Assembly: GCA_963781585.1 (NCBI GenBank)
Contig: CAWAGQ010000004.1
Span: 32,001-96,000, forward strand
From: an uncultured Gemmatimonadaceae bacterium
GTDB taxonomy: Bacteria; Gemmatimonadota; Gemmatimonadetes; Gemmatimonadales; Gemmatimonadaceae
Reading direction: 5' to 3'
DNA length: 64,000 bases
The translations under genes were made by a program, and so were the position numbers. This document shows, piece by piece, positions 37,046 to 47,285 of the stretch. The first letter of the stretch is position 1. Each line of letters begins with the position of its first letter. The notes beneath the pieces are model-generated. The model saw only the letters and a program-made list of their open reading frames with translations. It ran no database searches and had not been told where the DNA came from.

Positions 37046-38602
37046 ATGGCCAGGAAACGGAAGCCGGCAGCGCCCAAGTCGAACGTCGCGACCGCAAACC
37101 CGCCCGTGCCGCCGGGTCGTAGCCCGGCCCAGGACTGGATGGAGCGGGAAGCGCACGGTGAGTTCGACGGCGTGCTGGATCGGCGCGGTTTTCTGAAGAT
37201 CGCGGGGGTCCAGGCGGGCCTCCTGGTGGCGGGGGCGCACGCACCCGTCGCGCCACCAGCGGCACCGGGATACCTGACCAGGCCTCCGGCGGTCAATGGT
37301 CGGTCGTACGACGTGGTGGTCGTGGGCGCGGGAGCCTGGGGCGGGTGGACGGCTTACTGGCTTCGTCGCCTGGGCGCGAAGGTCCTGATGGTGGACGCCT
37401 ATGGCCCGGGCAACGCGCGGTCCACCTCGGGAGACGAGACGCGCGGCATGCGCACGTCGTACGGCGATCGTCCTCACGGCGAACAGTGGATGCGGTGGGC
37501 GAGCCGTGCCACCACCAGATGGAAATCGTGGGACGATGAGTGGGGACGCGATCTGAAGATGCGCCTCTTCCACACCACCGGCGACTTCATCTTCCGGAGC
37601 GACTGGGAAAACTTCACCAAGACCACCCGCGACCTGTTCGTCAAGGTCGGCGTCCGGCACGAAGTGGTGCCGGTGGAAGATGTGCGCAAGGCGTATCCCA
37701 TGATCGATCTCAACGACATCAAAGTCTGCCTCCACGAACCCGACGCTGGTGTGCTGCGCGCCAGGCGATCCTGCCAGTGCGTGGCTGAAGTCTTTCTCAA
37801 GCTCGGCGGTGAAATGCAGGTCGTGCGCGCCTATCCGTCTGTCGCCCGGAACCGCCGCATGGGAGAACTCGTGCTGTCCAATCGCGACAGCGTGAAGGGT
37901 GAGCACTACGTTTTCGCCCTGGGGCCGTGGATGCCGAAGATCTTTCCCGGCGTGATGGGCGTCCGCATGCGCACACCGGTGGGGCAGGTCTGCTACTTCG
38001 CCACGCCGGTGGCCGACTATCGCTACACGTATCCCAACCTGCCCAGCTACAACTTCCCCGGGGTGACAGGTTGGCCCACGCTGCCGTTCGACAGCTGGGG
38101 GTTCCGCGTTCGCGGCGGGACCAATCCGGCTGGCGGAGGTGGAGCCCGGGGAGGCGGTGGTGGTGGCCGTGGTGGCGGCCGGGGCGGATCGGGGGGGCGC
38201 GGCGGTGGGAGGGGCGGCTTCGGCGCGGCTACCGGCGACCGGCAGCAGGACCCGGACCTCAGCGATCGTTTTGTGGACGTCGACTACCAGGCGCGTGCGC
38301 GCAACTTTCTTGCCGAACGATTCCCCGAACTCAAGGATGCCCCGCTCAACGGCACGCACGCGTGTCACTACGAATTGAGCATCACGCGCAATTTCATCAT
38401 CGACCAGCACCCGGAAATGTCCAACGTGTGGCTCGCCGGCGGCGGCTCGGCCGAGGGCTTCAAGTTCGGACCGGTCGTGGGCGAGTACGTGGCAAGACGC
38501 GTGCTGGGCAAGGATCTCGAGCCGGAGCTTGCGGACGGCTTCAGGATTCCTGACCAGACCTACGACACAGTGGTGGCGGGCGGAGGCCGAGGCGGAGACT
38601 GA
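37046..38602 (+). CDS. Tat-exported FAD-dependent oxidoreductase (sarcosine oxidase/DAO family)
   Basis: DRRGFLK twin-Arg; VVVGAGAWG; STSGDETR; GGGSAEGFKFGPVVGE; internal RGG tract. Confidence 0.88.
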   Translation: MARKRKPAAPKSNVATANPPVPPGRSPAQDWMEREAHGEFDGVLDRRGFLKIAGVQAGLLVAGAHAPVAPPAAPGYLTRPPAVNGRSYDVVVVGAGAWGGWTAYWLRRLGAKVLMVDAYGPGNARSTSGDETRGMRTSYGDRPHGEQWMRWASRATTRWKSWDDEWGRDLKMRLFHTTGDFIFRSDWENFTKTTRDLFVKVGVRHEVVPVEDVRKAYPMIDLNDIKVCLHEPDAGVLRARRSCQCVAEVFLKLGGEMQVVRAYPSVARNRRMGELVLSNRDSVKGEHYVFALGPWMPKIFPGVMGVRMRTPVGQVCYFATPVADYRYTYPNLPSYNFPGVTGWPTLPFDSWGFRVRGGTNPAGGGGARGGGGGGRGGGRGGSGGRGGGRGGFGAATGDRQQDPDLSDRFVDVDYQARARNFLAERFPELKDAPLNGTHACHYELSITRNFIIDQHPEMSNVWLAGGGSAEGFKFGPVVGEYVARRVLGKDLEPELADGFRIPDQTYDTVVAGGGRGGD

Positions 38603-38620
38603 GCATCACCGGGCCGACTG

Positions 38621-38660
38621 AAAAACAGCCGGGCCTCGTTGCGGGGCCCGGCTGTTCGTT
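38621..38660. terminator. Bidirectional intrinsic terminator
   Basis: aaaaacagccgggcctcg / cggggcccggctgtt between convergent genes. Confidence 0.75.
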
Positions 38661-38677
38661 CAGGATGGCGGCGTTGG

Positions 38678-38890
38678 CTAGTGGCCGAGACGAACCACGT
38701 TTTCTGCTGCTGGCCCCTTCTTCCCCTCCACTACGTCGAACTCGACCTTTTCTCCCTCGGCCAGCGTCTTGAAGCCCTTGCCCTGGATGGCGGAGTGATG
38801 CACGAAGCAGTCCTTCGACCCATCCTCGGGAGTAATGAAACCAAACCCTTTCGACTCGTTGAACCACTTCACCGTGCCGGTCGTACGCAT
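38678..38890 (-). CDS. Cold-shock protein (CspA family), second paralog
   Basis: [19 protein letters not shown]...CFVHHSAI...KGPAAENV. Confidence 0.97.
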   Translation of the reverse strand: MRTTGTVKWFNESKGFGFITPEDGSKDCFVHHSAIQGKGFKTLAEGEKVEFDVVEGKKGPAAENVVRLGH

Positions 38891-39104
38891 TGCGCTACTC
38901 CGTGTTGTGAGGTGTACTCGGAGTGCGGCCGGGCCGTACTGACCGATCACCTGATGTGCGTGGGACCGCCCCCACGCGGGCTGGAACCGAATCACCGGTC
39001 GACGACCTGTCGGCCGTCGGTCCCGTATACGGAAAGAGGGCTGGCGCGAGAGCCAGCCCTTCGCTCGCAGTAGTCCCGTTCCACGCCTGTTGTGCGCGGG
39101 CTCA

Positions 39105-39132
39105 AAACTAATGCGCCCGGCAAGCCCGGCAA
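39105..39132 (-). promoter_or_regulatory. Sigma70-type promoter for the second csp
   Basis: TTGCCG-N16-TAGTTT on the minus strand, about 210 nt upstream of the ATG. Confidence 0.5.
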
Positions 39133-39455
39133 GTAGGGATCGGCGGTCCGCTCGGGGCGCGTCCGCTTCCGTTCGAGACCGTCCGGGCCGCCGCCCGTTT
39201 CGACCACTGTCGTTCCAGCCGGTTTCCACGGGAGCAGAAGCTGCGGTAGTGGCTCAGGAGCCACCACCGAAGCTGCGATCAGATTGAGGCAGTTGTCGCC
39301 GGCAACTAGGTTGCGTGATACTGCGATGTAGCGATTCGGAACCTGGCGGCAACAGGGGTGGAGAAGAAGCGGCGGGCTCGGTCGTCGTGTGTCACTGTTG
39401 CTCCGTCGTCGCGACGACGCATCTACGTGGGAAACAAATCCTCGGGGGCTGCCTC

Positions 39456-40589
39456 ATGAAGGTGAATCGGCTCCGCGCTTTGCATGACGCGGGTCAAGCT
39501 GTCTGGCTCGACTATATCGATCGCACGCTGCTGCACGACGGGACGCTCGAGCGCCTGATCCGCGACGACGCGCTGATGGGGATGACGTCCAATCCCACGA
39601 TCTTCGACAAAGCACTGTCCGAGGGCAACGCGTACGACGCGCAGATTGCTTCGCTGGCAGGGGAACTCGCGGGCCAGGCGCTCTTCGAACGGATCGAGAC
39701 CGATGACGTGCGCGCCGCCTGCGACGTCTTTGCCGATGTGTTCGCCGGCACCAAAGGGGCGGACGGCGTGGTATCGATCGAAGTCTCGCCGCGTCAGGCG
39801 CACGACGCGCGCGGCACGATCGAGGAGGCGCGTCGCCTCTGGGGCACGGTTGCCCGACCCAACGTCATGGTGAAGGTGCCCGGTACTCTCGAGGGCGCTG
39901 ACGCCATCCGAGAACTGATCGCGGAGGGCGTGAACGTCAACGTCACGCTCCTGTTCTCGATCGAGGCCCACGCGCGCGTCATCGAGGCATACCTGGCGGG
40001 CCTGGAGCGCCGGGTGGCGGCCCGACAACCGGTCGACCATCTGCTGTCGGTGGCGAGCTTCTTTGTCAGCCGCGTCGACACCGAAGTTGACAAGCGGCTG
40101 GAAGCCAGGGCGGCACAGGTCGCGGGTGCGACGCGCGATCACCTCCTGGCGTTGCGTGGTCGGGCGGCGATCGCGAACGCGAAGCACGCGTACCGCCTGT
40201 TTCAGAACCGGTTCTCCGGCCCACGGTGGGACGCGCTCGCGGCCCGCGGAGCGCGCGTCCAGCGACCCCTCTGGGCGAGCACCAGCACCAAGAACCCGGC
40301 GTACCGCGATGTGATGTATGTGGAAGGGCTGATCGGCCCGGACACTGTGAACACCATGCCACCGGCCACGCTCGAGGCGTTCCGCGAACACGGCGAGGTG
40401 GCCCGAACGGTCGATCGCGATCCGGATGCCGCCGACGCCCATTTCACTGCACTGACCGATGCCGGAATCGACTTCCGTGACGCGACCGACAAACTGCTCT
40501 TCGATGGAGTGGCCTCGTTCGCCAAGTCGTTCGATTCGGCGGTGGCCGGCATCGAGCGAAAAGCCGCGGCACTGGTGTCCAGCCGGTAG
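39456..40589 (+). CDS. tal: Transaldolase
   Basis: VWLD, GMTSNPTIF, VSIEVSP, NVMVKVP, NVTLLFS, RPLWASTSTKNP. Confidence 0.96.
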   Translation: MKVNRLRALHDAGQAVWLDYIDRTLLHDGTLERLIRDDALMGMTSNPTIFDKALSEGNAYDAQIASLAGELAGQALFERIETDDVRAACDVFADVFAGTKGADGVVSIEVSPRQAHDARGTIEEARRLWGTVARPNVMVKVPGTLEGADAIRELIAEGVNVNVTLLFSIEAHARVIEAYLAGLERRVAARQPVDHLLSVASFFVSRVDTEVDKRLEARAAQVAGATRDHLLALRGRAAIANAKHAYRLFQNRFSGPRWDALAARGARVQRPLWASTSTKNPAYRDVMYVEGLIGPDTVNTMPPATLEAFREHGEVARTVDRDPDAADAHFTALTDAGIDFRDATDKLLFDGVASFAKSFDSAVAGIERKAAALVSSR

Positions 40590-42008
40590 GTGCGAGGAAC
40601 GGGCCTCCTGCCCCACGACAGAACAAAAATCGTCTGCACGCTCGGCCCGGCGACGTCCGAGCCGGCGGTGATCGGCCAGTTGATGGACGCCGGGCTGGAC
40701 GTGGCGCGCATCAACTTCTCGCACGGGACGCACCTCGAGCACGCCCGGACCATCGGCCTGGTGAGGAAGCTCGCCGCCGAGCGGGCGCGTCCGGTGGCGA
40801 TTCTGGGCGATCTGCAAGGTCCGCGCATTCGTATCGGACAGCTCGCGACGCCGGTTCACGCGGAAACCGGCAGCGAGGTGCGCCTGCGCTACCAGGCCGA
40901 CGCGGGGCCTGACGATGTGCCCGTGACCTATGCGGCTCTGGCCGATGACGTGCATCCGGGCGACCGCCTCCTCGTGGATGACGGCCTGATCGAGTTGGTG
41001 GCCCGTGAAGTTCGCGACGGACGAGTCACTGCGCGGGCCGTGCACGGCGGCGACATCCGAAGTCACAAGGGACTCAACCTGCCCGGCGTGAATGTCTCGG
41101 CGCCGCCGATCACGGAGAAGGATCGTGCCGACACCGCATTCGCGCTCGAGCAGGGACTGGACTATCTCGCGATGAGCTTCGTCAGACGCGCGGCCGATAT
41201 TACAGCCTTGCGACAGCTCGTCGGGCGGTCGCTCCTGATCGTCGCCAAGATCGAAAAGGACAGCGCGCTCGACGAAATCGAAGACATCGTACGAACGTCG
41301 GATGCCGTGATGGTCGCGCGAGGTGATCTGGGCGTCGAACTGCCGTTCGAAAAGGTCCCCCTGGTGCAGAAGCGCATCATCCGCCTGTCCAACCATCTCG
41401 GACGCCCGGTCATCACCGCGACCCAGATGCTGGAATCGATGATCGAACACCCGCGTCCCACGCGCGCCGAGGCGAGCGACGTGGCCAACGCCATACTCGA
41501 CGGAACTGACGCCGTCATGCTGTCGGCGGAGACCGCGGTGGGAGCGTATCCCCTCCTCGCGGTCGAGGCGATGCGGCGCATCATCGCCGAGATCGAGGGC
41601 CATCAGGCACAACGGCGGCGTGACGAGCGGCGTTCGCACGAGCGCGCGACCACCGAAGAGACGATCGCCGCCGCCACCGTGACCGCGGTGCGAATGCTCG
41701 GCGCAGCGCTGGTGGTGGTGTTCACGAAGAGCGGCTTCAGCGCCCGCATCGTTTCCGCGCAGCGGCCAGCGGTACCGATCCTCGGTCTCACCGATGTCGA
41801 GCAGACGTTCAACCAGCTCGCGCTGGTCTGGGGGGTGATTCCCGCCAGAGTGACACACAGCGACACTTACGCACAGATGTTCGAGCACGCGCGCGACGAG
41901 GTGCTCCGGCGAAAGCTCGCCGCCCCCGGTGACAAGGTCATCGTAACCGCCGGCGTGCCATTCGACGTGCCCGGCACCACCAACCTGCTGAAGGTCGAAG
42001 TGCTGTGA
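40590..42008 (+). CDS. pyk: Pyruvate kinase
   Basis: TKIVCTLGPA, RINFSHG, DLQGP, MVARGDLGVE, ATQMLESM, MLSAETA. Confidence 0.97.
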   Translation: MRGTGLLPHDRTKIVCTLGPATSEPAVIGQLMDAGLDVARINFSHGTHLEHARTIGLVRKLAAERARPVAILGDLQGPRIRIGQLATPVHAETGSEVRLRYQADAGPDDVPVTYAALADDVHPGDRLLVDDGLIELVAREVRDGRVTARAVHGGDIRSHKGLNLPGVNVSAPPITEKDRADTAFALEQGLDYLAMSFVRRAADITALRQLVGRSLLIVAKIEKDSALDEIEDIVRTSDAVMVARGDLGVELPFEKVPLVQKRIIRLSNHLGRPVITATQMLESMIEHPRPTRAEASDVANAILDGTDAVMLSAETAVGAYPLLAVEAMRRIIAEIEGHQAQRRRDERRSHERATTEETIAAATVTAVRMLGAALVVVFTKSGFSARIVSAQRPAVPILGLTDVEQTFNQLALVWGVIPARVTHSDTYAQMFEHARDEVLRRKLAAPGDKVIVTAGVPFDVPGTTNLLKVEVL

Positions 42009-42784
42009 AGCTCACCTTCCTGGGCACCGGCACCAGCTTTGGTGTTCCGCAGGTCGGGTGTCACTGCGCCGTCTGCCGATCTCCCGATCCCCGCGACCGC
42101 CGATCGCGCGTCGGTGCGATGGTTGAAACCGACCGCGGCACGCGCCTCCTCATCGACACCCCGCCCGAGCTGCGCCTTCAACTCATCACCTGTGGTATCG
42201 ACCGGGTGGATGCGCTCCTGTTCACGCACAACCACGCCGATCACGTGCAAGGTCTCGACGATATCCGCGCGTTCACGGTGCGCCGGGATGCGCCGCTCCC
42301 CGTGTACGGGTCGGCGGAGACGTTGCACGGGATCGCGGAGCGCTTCCCGTACATCTTCGACGACCGCGTGCGCCCGGTGGCCGGCACGTCGAAGCCCGAG
42401 GGGCATCTGCATGAGCTCAGGGCGGGACAGACCGTCCGGGTCGGGGACGCGGATGTCACCGCCATTGAGCTCCCACACGGGCCGGTGACCGTCTTCGGCT
42501 ATCGCATCGGTGCGCTCGGGTACGTGACCGACGCCAAGCGTCTCCCAGGGGAAGCCCTGGACCGGCTTCGCGGAGTGCGCGTGCTCGTGCTGAACGCCCT
42601 CCTGCGCACGGAGCACCCTACCCACCTGTCGATCCCGGAAGCCCTGCGCGTAGCCGCCGAGGTCGGCGCCGAACGCACCTACCTGACGCACCTCACGCAC
42701 ACGAGCTTTCACGCCGACCTGGAAGCGGAACTGCCGCGGGGGGTGAGTCCCGCCTTCGACGGACTGGTGGTCAGGATCGACTGA
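42005..42784 (+). CDS. MBL-fold metallo-hydrolase (PhnP-like)
   Basis: LGTGTSFGVP.VGC.C.VC, THNHADHVQGLDD, THLTH. Confidence 0.92.
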   Translation: MKLTFLGTGTSFGVPQVGCHCAVCRSPDPRDRRSRVGAMVETDRGTRLLIDTPPELRLQLITCGIDRVDALLFTHNHADHVQGLDDIRAFTVRRDAPLPVYGSAETLHGIAERFPYIFDDRVRPVAGTSKPEGHLHELRAGQTVRVGDADVTAIELPHGPVTVFGYRIGALGYVTDAKRLPGEALDRLRGVRVLVLNALLRTEHPTHLSIPEALRVAAEVGAERTYLTHLTHTSFHADLEAELPRGVSPAFDGLVVRID

Positions 42785-42808
42785 CCTGCGAACCCGAGGA
42801 GTCAAGAC

Positions 42809-44197
42809 GTGGTCTCTCTCGACTACACGTTCATGACGTCGCCGTCGGTGGCGAGCGGCTTCACCGCCGACGAGCTGACAGCGGCAGCCGCGAGCCTCCG
42901 CAACGCGCATCAGGAGACCATGGCTCGACACGCCCGCGGTGAGCTGGGCTTTTTCGATCTGTCGACCGACCGTCGGCTTCGTGACCAGAGTGTGGACCTG
43001 GCCGGGAAGATCCGCGCGCGAGGGGTCGAGGACGTGGTGGTTCTGGGTATCGGCGGGTCCGCCCTGGGACCGATTGCGTTGCGCAACGCGCTGCGCCCGC
43101 CGGACTGGAACGGCCTTTCGGCGGCGGCGCGTGGCGGTCTGCCGCGACTGCACGTACTCGACAATATCGACCCCACGACGGTCGAGGCCCGGTTGGCGCG
43201 GCTGGACCTGCGAACCTCGAGCTTCGTGGTGATTTCGAAGTCGGGAAGTACCGCGGAGACGATGGCGCAGTACCTGATCGTGCGCGGGCGTTTGGCGGCG
43301 GCCGGTCTGTCCGCACGCGATCACCTGGCGTTCGTCACTGATCCGGAGCGGGGAGCGTTGCGGGCGATTGCGACCGCCGAAGGAATTCCAGCAGTGGACA
43401 TTCCGCCTAACGTGGGAGGTCGATTCAGCGTGCTGACGCCGGTGGGAGTGCTGCCAGCCGCGCTCATCGGCATCGACGTGGAATCGTTGCTCGATGGCGC
43501 AGCCGCGATGCGCGGGCGCTGCCTCACGGCCGAGTTCGTGAAGAACCCCGCCGGCGCACTGGGCACCCTGCAGTGGCTCGCCGATACCGCGCGGGGGCGT
43601 CATACACACGTACTGATGCCCTACGCCGACTCCCTCCGGGAGATGGCGGCCTGGTTCGTGCAACTCTGGGCCGAGAGTCTCGGGAAAACCCGTCGTGATG
43701 GCTCCCACGCCGGACCCACACCGATTGGCGCGGTCGGCGCCACCGACCAGCACAGCCAGATGCAGCTCTTCATGGAAGGTCCCCTCGACAAGACCGTGTC
43801 GTTCATCGCCGTGAAGGAGGGTGGGTCGGACCTGCCGATTCCGGGCGGCGCTGACGCTCCAGGAGAGCTGGCGTACCTTGGTGGCCACTCGCTGAGCGAG
43901 CTCCTCGGGACCGAGCGCCGGGCTACCGCCGCTGCCCTGGCGCGGCGCGGCCGGATGAGCATGACGATCACGATCGACCGCGTGGACGCGTGGCACCTGG
44001 GAGGCCTTTTCCTCCTGTTCGAAATGGCCACGGCCATTGCAGGCGAACTGTACGCGGTGAACGCCTTCGACCAGCCGGGCGTCGAGCTCGCCAAACGATA
44101 CACCTATGCGCTGATGGGGCGTCCGGGATTCGAGGACGTGGCAAAGGAATGGAAAACCCTTCCGCGCAGCGATGCGCGATACACGATTCAGGAGTGA
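42809..44197 (+). CDS. pgi: Glucose-6-phosphate isomerase
   Basis: GIGGSALG, ISKSGSTAET, VGGRFSV, QLWAESLGK, DQHS, FDQPGVELAK. Confidence 0.96.
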   Translation: MVSLDYTFMTSPSVASGFTADELTAAAASLRNAHQETMARHARGELGFFDLSTDRRLRDQSVDLAGKIRARGVEDVVVLGIGGSALGPIALRNALRPPDWNGLSAAARGGLPRLHVLDNIDPTTVEARLARLDLRTSSFVVISKSGSTAETMAQYLIVRGRLAAAGLSARDHLAFVTDPERGALRAIATAEGIPAVDIPPNVGGRFSVLTPVGVLPAALIGIDVESLLDGAAAMRGRCLTAEFVKNPAGALGTLQWLADTARGRHTHVLMPYADSLREMAAWFVQLWAESLGKTRRDGSHAGPTPIGAVGATDQHSQMQLFMEGPLDKTVSFIAVKEGGSDLPIPGGADAPGELAYLGGHSLSELLGTERRATAAALARRGRMSMTITIDRVDAWHLGGLFLLFEMATAIAGELYAVNAFDQPGVELAKRYTYALMGRPGFEDVAKEWKTLPRSDARYTIQE

Positions 44198-44354
44198 AGA
44201 CGAGAAGAGGGTTGCCTGACGCATTCGCGGCGGGCAGTTTCCGACACACCGGGGGCGATCGCGGCGCGGAAGGCGAACGAATCCCGAACAGGGAGCCGAC
44301 GAGCGTGCGCAGCACCGGACCCGGGGAACGCGCCTGCCTCACGAGGGAGCAGCA

Positions 44355-45785
44355 ATGGCGATGACCGATACGGCCACGATGGCGCATCACGCGCTCGGTA
44401 ACGCGGTCACGCGGACCGGTTCGGGCGTGCACGTCCAGGACGCGACCGTGCTGGCCTCGCCACGCATGGATGCCCTGGTGCGCGAAGCGGTATTCGGCAG
44501 CCCGGATGCGCGCGCGTACGCCCGCTGGCTCATCTGGGAGCTGGCGCAGGCAGTCGGCATCCGGCCGTCATCGATTCACGAGATGTACATCGCGCGCGGC
44601 CGCGGGACCGTTCATGGCTTCACCGTTCCGGCGATGAACCTCCGCGGACGGGCCTACGATACCGCCCGCTCCGTCTTCCGTGTGGCGAATCGCCTCGATG
44701 CTGGTGCGTTCATCCTGGAAATCGCGCGCTCGGAGATTGGATACACCGACCAGCGCCCCTCCGAGTATGTCGCCGCGTTGCTGGCTGCCGCGATACGGGA
44801 GGGTTTTCGCGGGCCCGTCTTCATTCAGGGCGATCACTTCCAGGTCAACGCAAAGAAATTCGCCGCCGATCCGGCGGGCGAGGTTGACGCCGTCAAGGCT
44901 CTGGCGCGCGAAGCGATCGACGCTGGCTTCTGCAACATCGACGTCGACACCTCCACGCTGGTCGACCTGAAACAGCCGACGCTCGCCGACCAGCAGCGCC
45001 CGAACTACGAGACGTGCGCCGACATCGCGTCGTTCATCCGCTCGCATCAACCACGCGGGATCACGATCTCCACGGGCGGTGAGATCGGCGAGGTGGGATC
45101 GCAGAACAGCACCGTGCCCGAACTCGAAGCCTTCATGGACGGCTTCAACGCCACGCTCAGCGCGCGCGCACCAGGGGCCGTCGGGCTCTCCAAGATCAGC
45201 GTGCAGTCGGGCACGTCGCACGGCGGCGTGGTGCTCCCCGATGGCAGCATCGCCGACGTCAAGCTCGACCTGAAGACGCTCGAGGAACTTTCGCGGGTCG
45301 CCCGCGAGCGCTACGGGCTCTCGGGGGCCGTGCAGCACGGCGCCTCCACGCTCCCGGACTCGGCGTTCAACAACTTCCCGCGCACCGAAACGGCGGAGAT
45401 TCACCTGGCGACGAATTTCCAGAACCTGCTGTACGACGCCATTCCGGCGAGCCTGCGTGACGAGATCTACGCATGGCTGCGGACCCACACCGCCGACGAG
45501 CGGAAGCCCGCCGATTCCGACGAGCAGTTCCTGTACAAGACGCGCAAGAAGGCGCTGGGGCCGTTCAAGCGGCAGTTCTGGGACCTGCCCGAAGCCACGG
45601 CCGACGCGCTGGCCGCAACGTATGACGCCAAGTTCGAGTTCCTGTTCACGCAGTTGGCGGTCGGGGGAACGAAGACCGTCATCGGCCAGACGGTGCACCC
45701 GCTGGCCATTCACCGCCCGATGCCCGGTACGACTGCTCATGTGGCGGTAGCCGCGGCACCGGACGACACCGAGTTGAGCGACTGA
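44355..45785 (+). CDS. Class II fructose-bisphosphate aldolase (long form)
   Basis: FIQGDH, GGEIGEVG, GTSHGG, VQHGAS metal-binding motifs; glycolytic context. Confidence 0.85.
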   Translation: MAMTDTATMAHHALGNAVTRTGSGVHVQDATVLASPRMDALVREAVFGSPDARAYARWLIWELAQAVGIRPSSIHEMYIARGRGTVHGFTVPAMNLRGRAYDTARSVFRVANRLDAGAFILEIARSEIGYTDQRPSEYVAALLAAAIREGFRGPVFIQGDHFQVNAKKFAADPAGEVDAVKALAREAIDAGFCNIDVDTSTLVDLKQPTLADQQRPNYETCADIASFIRSHQPRGITISTGGEIGEVGSQNSTVPELEAFMDGFNATLSARAPGAVGLSKISVQSGTSHGGVVLPDGSIADVKLDLKTLEELSRVARERYGLSGAVQHGASTLPDSAFNNFPRTETAEIHLATNFQNLLYDAIPASLRDEIYAWLRTHTADERKPADSDEQFLYKTRKKALGPFKRQFWDLPEATADALAATYDAKFEFLFTQLAVGGTKTVIGQTVHPLAIHRPMPGTTAHVAVAAAPDDTELSD

Positions 45786-45838
45786 GCCGTTTCTGCGAGA
45801 TCCGGCCCGGCCGGCCATCGCGAACGGAAGGAGGAAAG

Positions 45839-46276
45839 ATGGGACGATACAAGGATGAGGACGAAGACGTCATGCCCGAGCGCAACCGCAGCCTTGGCGT
45901 CGGGACCTTCCTGGCTGGACTCGCGATCGGCGCGGGGCTCGCGTTGCTGGTCGCGCCGCAATCCGGCGAAGAACTGCGACGGCGCATCCGGCGCAACGCG
46001 CACCGCGCCAAGCTGGCCGCCGAAGACCTCGCGCACGATGCGAAGAAGCGGGCCCGCGATCTCACCACGGACATGAAGGAGCGCGCCGAGGATCTCCTGG
46101 ACGACGCCCGACACGAAGTCGAGACGCGTGTGGACGACGTGCGGCACGTGGTGAATCGCAAACGCCGCGACCTCAACCGCGCGCTGGACGCGGGCCGGTC
46201 CACGGCGCGTGAGGCCCGTGAATCATTCGAGCGGCGCATCGCGGAAGGGCGGGCTGAGGAGGCGCGAGGCGACTGA
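45839..46276 (+). CDS. YtxH domain protein
   Basis: FLAGLAIGAGLALLVAPQSGEELR followed by charged coiled coil. Confidence 0.9.
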   Translation: MGRYKDEDEDVMPERNRSLGVGTFLAGLAIGAGLALLVAPQSGEELRRRIRRNAHRAKLAAEDLAHDAKKRARDLTTDMKERAEDLLDDARHEVETRVDDVRHVVNRKRRDLNRALDAGRSTAREARESFERRIAEGRAEEARGD

Positions 46277-46302
46277 ACGTCGTCCCTCCTCCAACTGACA
46301 TC

Positions 46303-47211
46303 TTGAGGCGTGCGCGGCACGGAGCCGTGCGCGCCCTCGCGGTCATTGGGGACTACATCCGCCGGGTCTACAACAACGCCGCCGACGACAACCTGTTCTT
46401 CCTCGCCGGCGGCGTGGCCTTCAGTCTCCTGCTCGTGGTGGTGCCGTTCATCCTCCTCGTGGTCGGCGGACTCGCTTTTCTGTTCAATCAGGGTCTCGAC
46501 GTCACGCGGACGGAGATCCATCAGATCGTCGACCTGCTCCTCCCTCCACATCCGCTGGGTGTAGAGGCTCCGGTACACGATCTGCTCGACAGCATTCTGC
46601 GTGCGCGCGGCCCCATCAGCCTCTTCAGCGCCCTCGGCTTCATCCTGTTCTCCACTCGCGTCTTCGGGTCTCTGCGGAGCGCTCTGTCCGAAGTGTTCGA
46701 TATCGAGCAGGGACGCAGCATCCTGATCGGCAAGCTCTTCGACGTCCTGGTGACCCTGGTGGCTACCGCCCTCATCATCGTCTACATGGTCGTCACGGCG
46801 TACCTGGCGATCGCGACGCCGCATGGCGCCGCGATTTTCTCACGGGTCGGTCTCCGCGCGGAGGTGATCGGAGGTCTGGGTCAGGTATTGGGCCGCGTGC
46901 TCGCCCTGGCCTTCGTTGTCGCCCTGTTCTACGGCCTCTACCGCTACTTGCCCAATCGACGAATTCGCTGGCAGCCCGCGCTGATCGGCGCGCTCACCAC
47001 GAGCGTGCTCTTCGAGCTCGCACGCAGCATCTATTTGAAAGCCACCGGGGCGGTGACTCCGGGGACGCTGTATTCCGGATCGCTGTATGTCATCGTGTCA
47101 CTTGTATTCTGGGTCTACTACTCCGCGGTGATCTTCCTGATCGGTGGGGAAGTCGCGCAGGCGTATGAGGTACGGCGCGTGCTCCGGCTCCAGCGGGAGA
47201 CCTTCGGCTGA
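46303..47211 (+). CDS. YihY/virulence factor BrkB family membrane protein
   Basis: LAGGVAF, LYRYLPN, YSGSL...LVFWVYYSAVIFLIGGE. Confidence 0.9.
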   Translation: MRRARHGAVRALAVIGDYIRRVYNNAADDNLFFLAGGVAFSLLLVVVPFILLVVGGLAFLFNQGLDVTRTEIHQIVDLLLPPHPLGVEAPVHDLLDSILRARGPISLFSALGFILFSTRVFGSLRSALSEVFDIEQGRSILIGKLFDVLVTLVATALIIVYMVVTAYLAIATPHGAAIFSRVGLRAEVIGGLGQVLGRVLALAFVVALFYGLYRYLPNRRIRWQPALIGALTTSVLFELARSIYLKATGAVTPGTLYSGSLYVIVSLVFWVYYSAVIFLIGGEVAQAYEVRRVLRLQRETFG

Positions 47212-47285
47212 TCCGGGGAGCCCGAGGCGGAACGACCGGACCGTTTCATTGTGGACGGCGTCGCCGCTTGTTGCGAAATTGTCGC

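Noticed and set aside
20652..39455. Genomic island or prophage in the accessory-looking region
   Set aside because: No integrase, transposase, tRNA attachment site, direct repeats or phage genes seen
39423..44224. Very long antisense ORFs (821 aa, 785 aa; similar ones opposite priA, nrdJ, cinA)
   Set aside because: Shadow ORFs produced by high GC3 codon bias of clear genes on the opposite strand; no recognisable motifs
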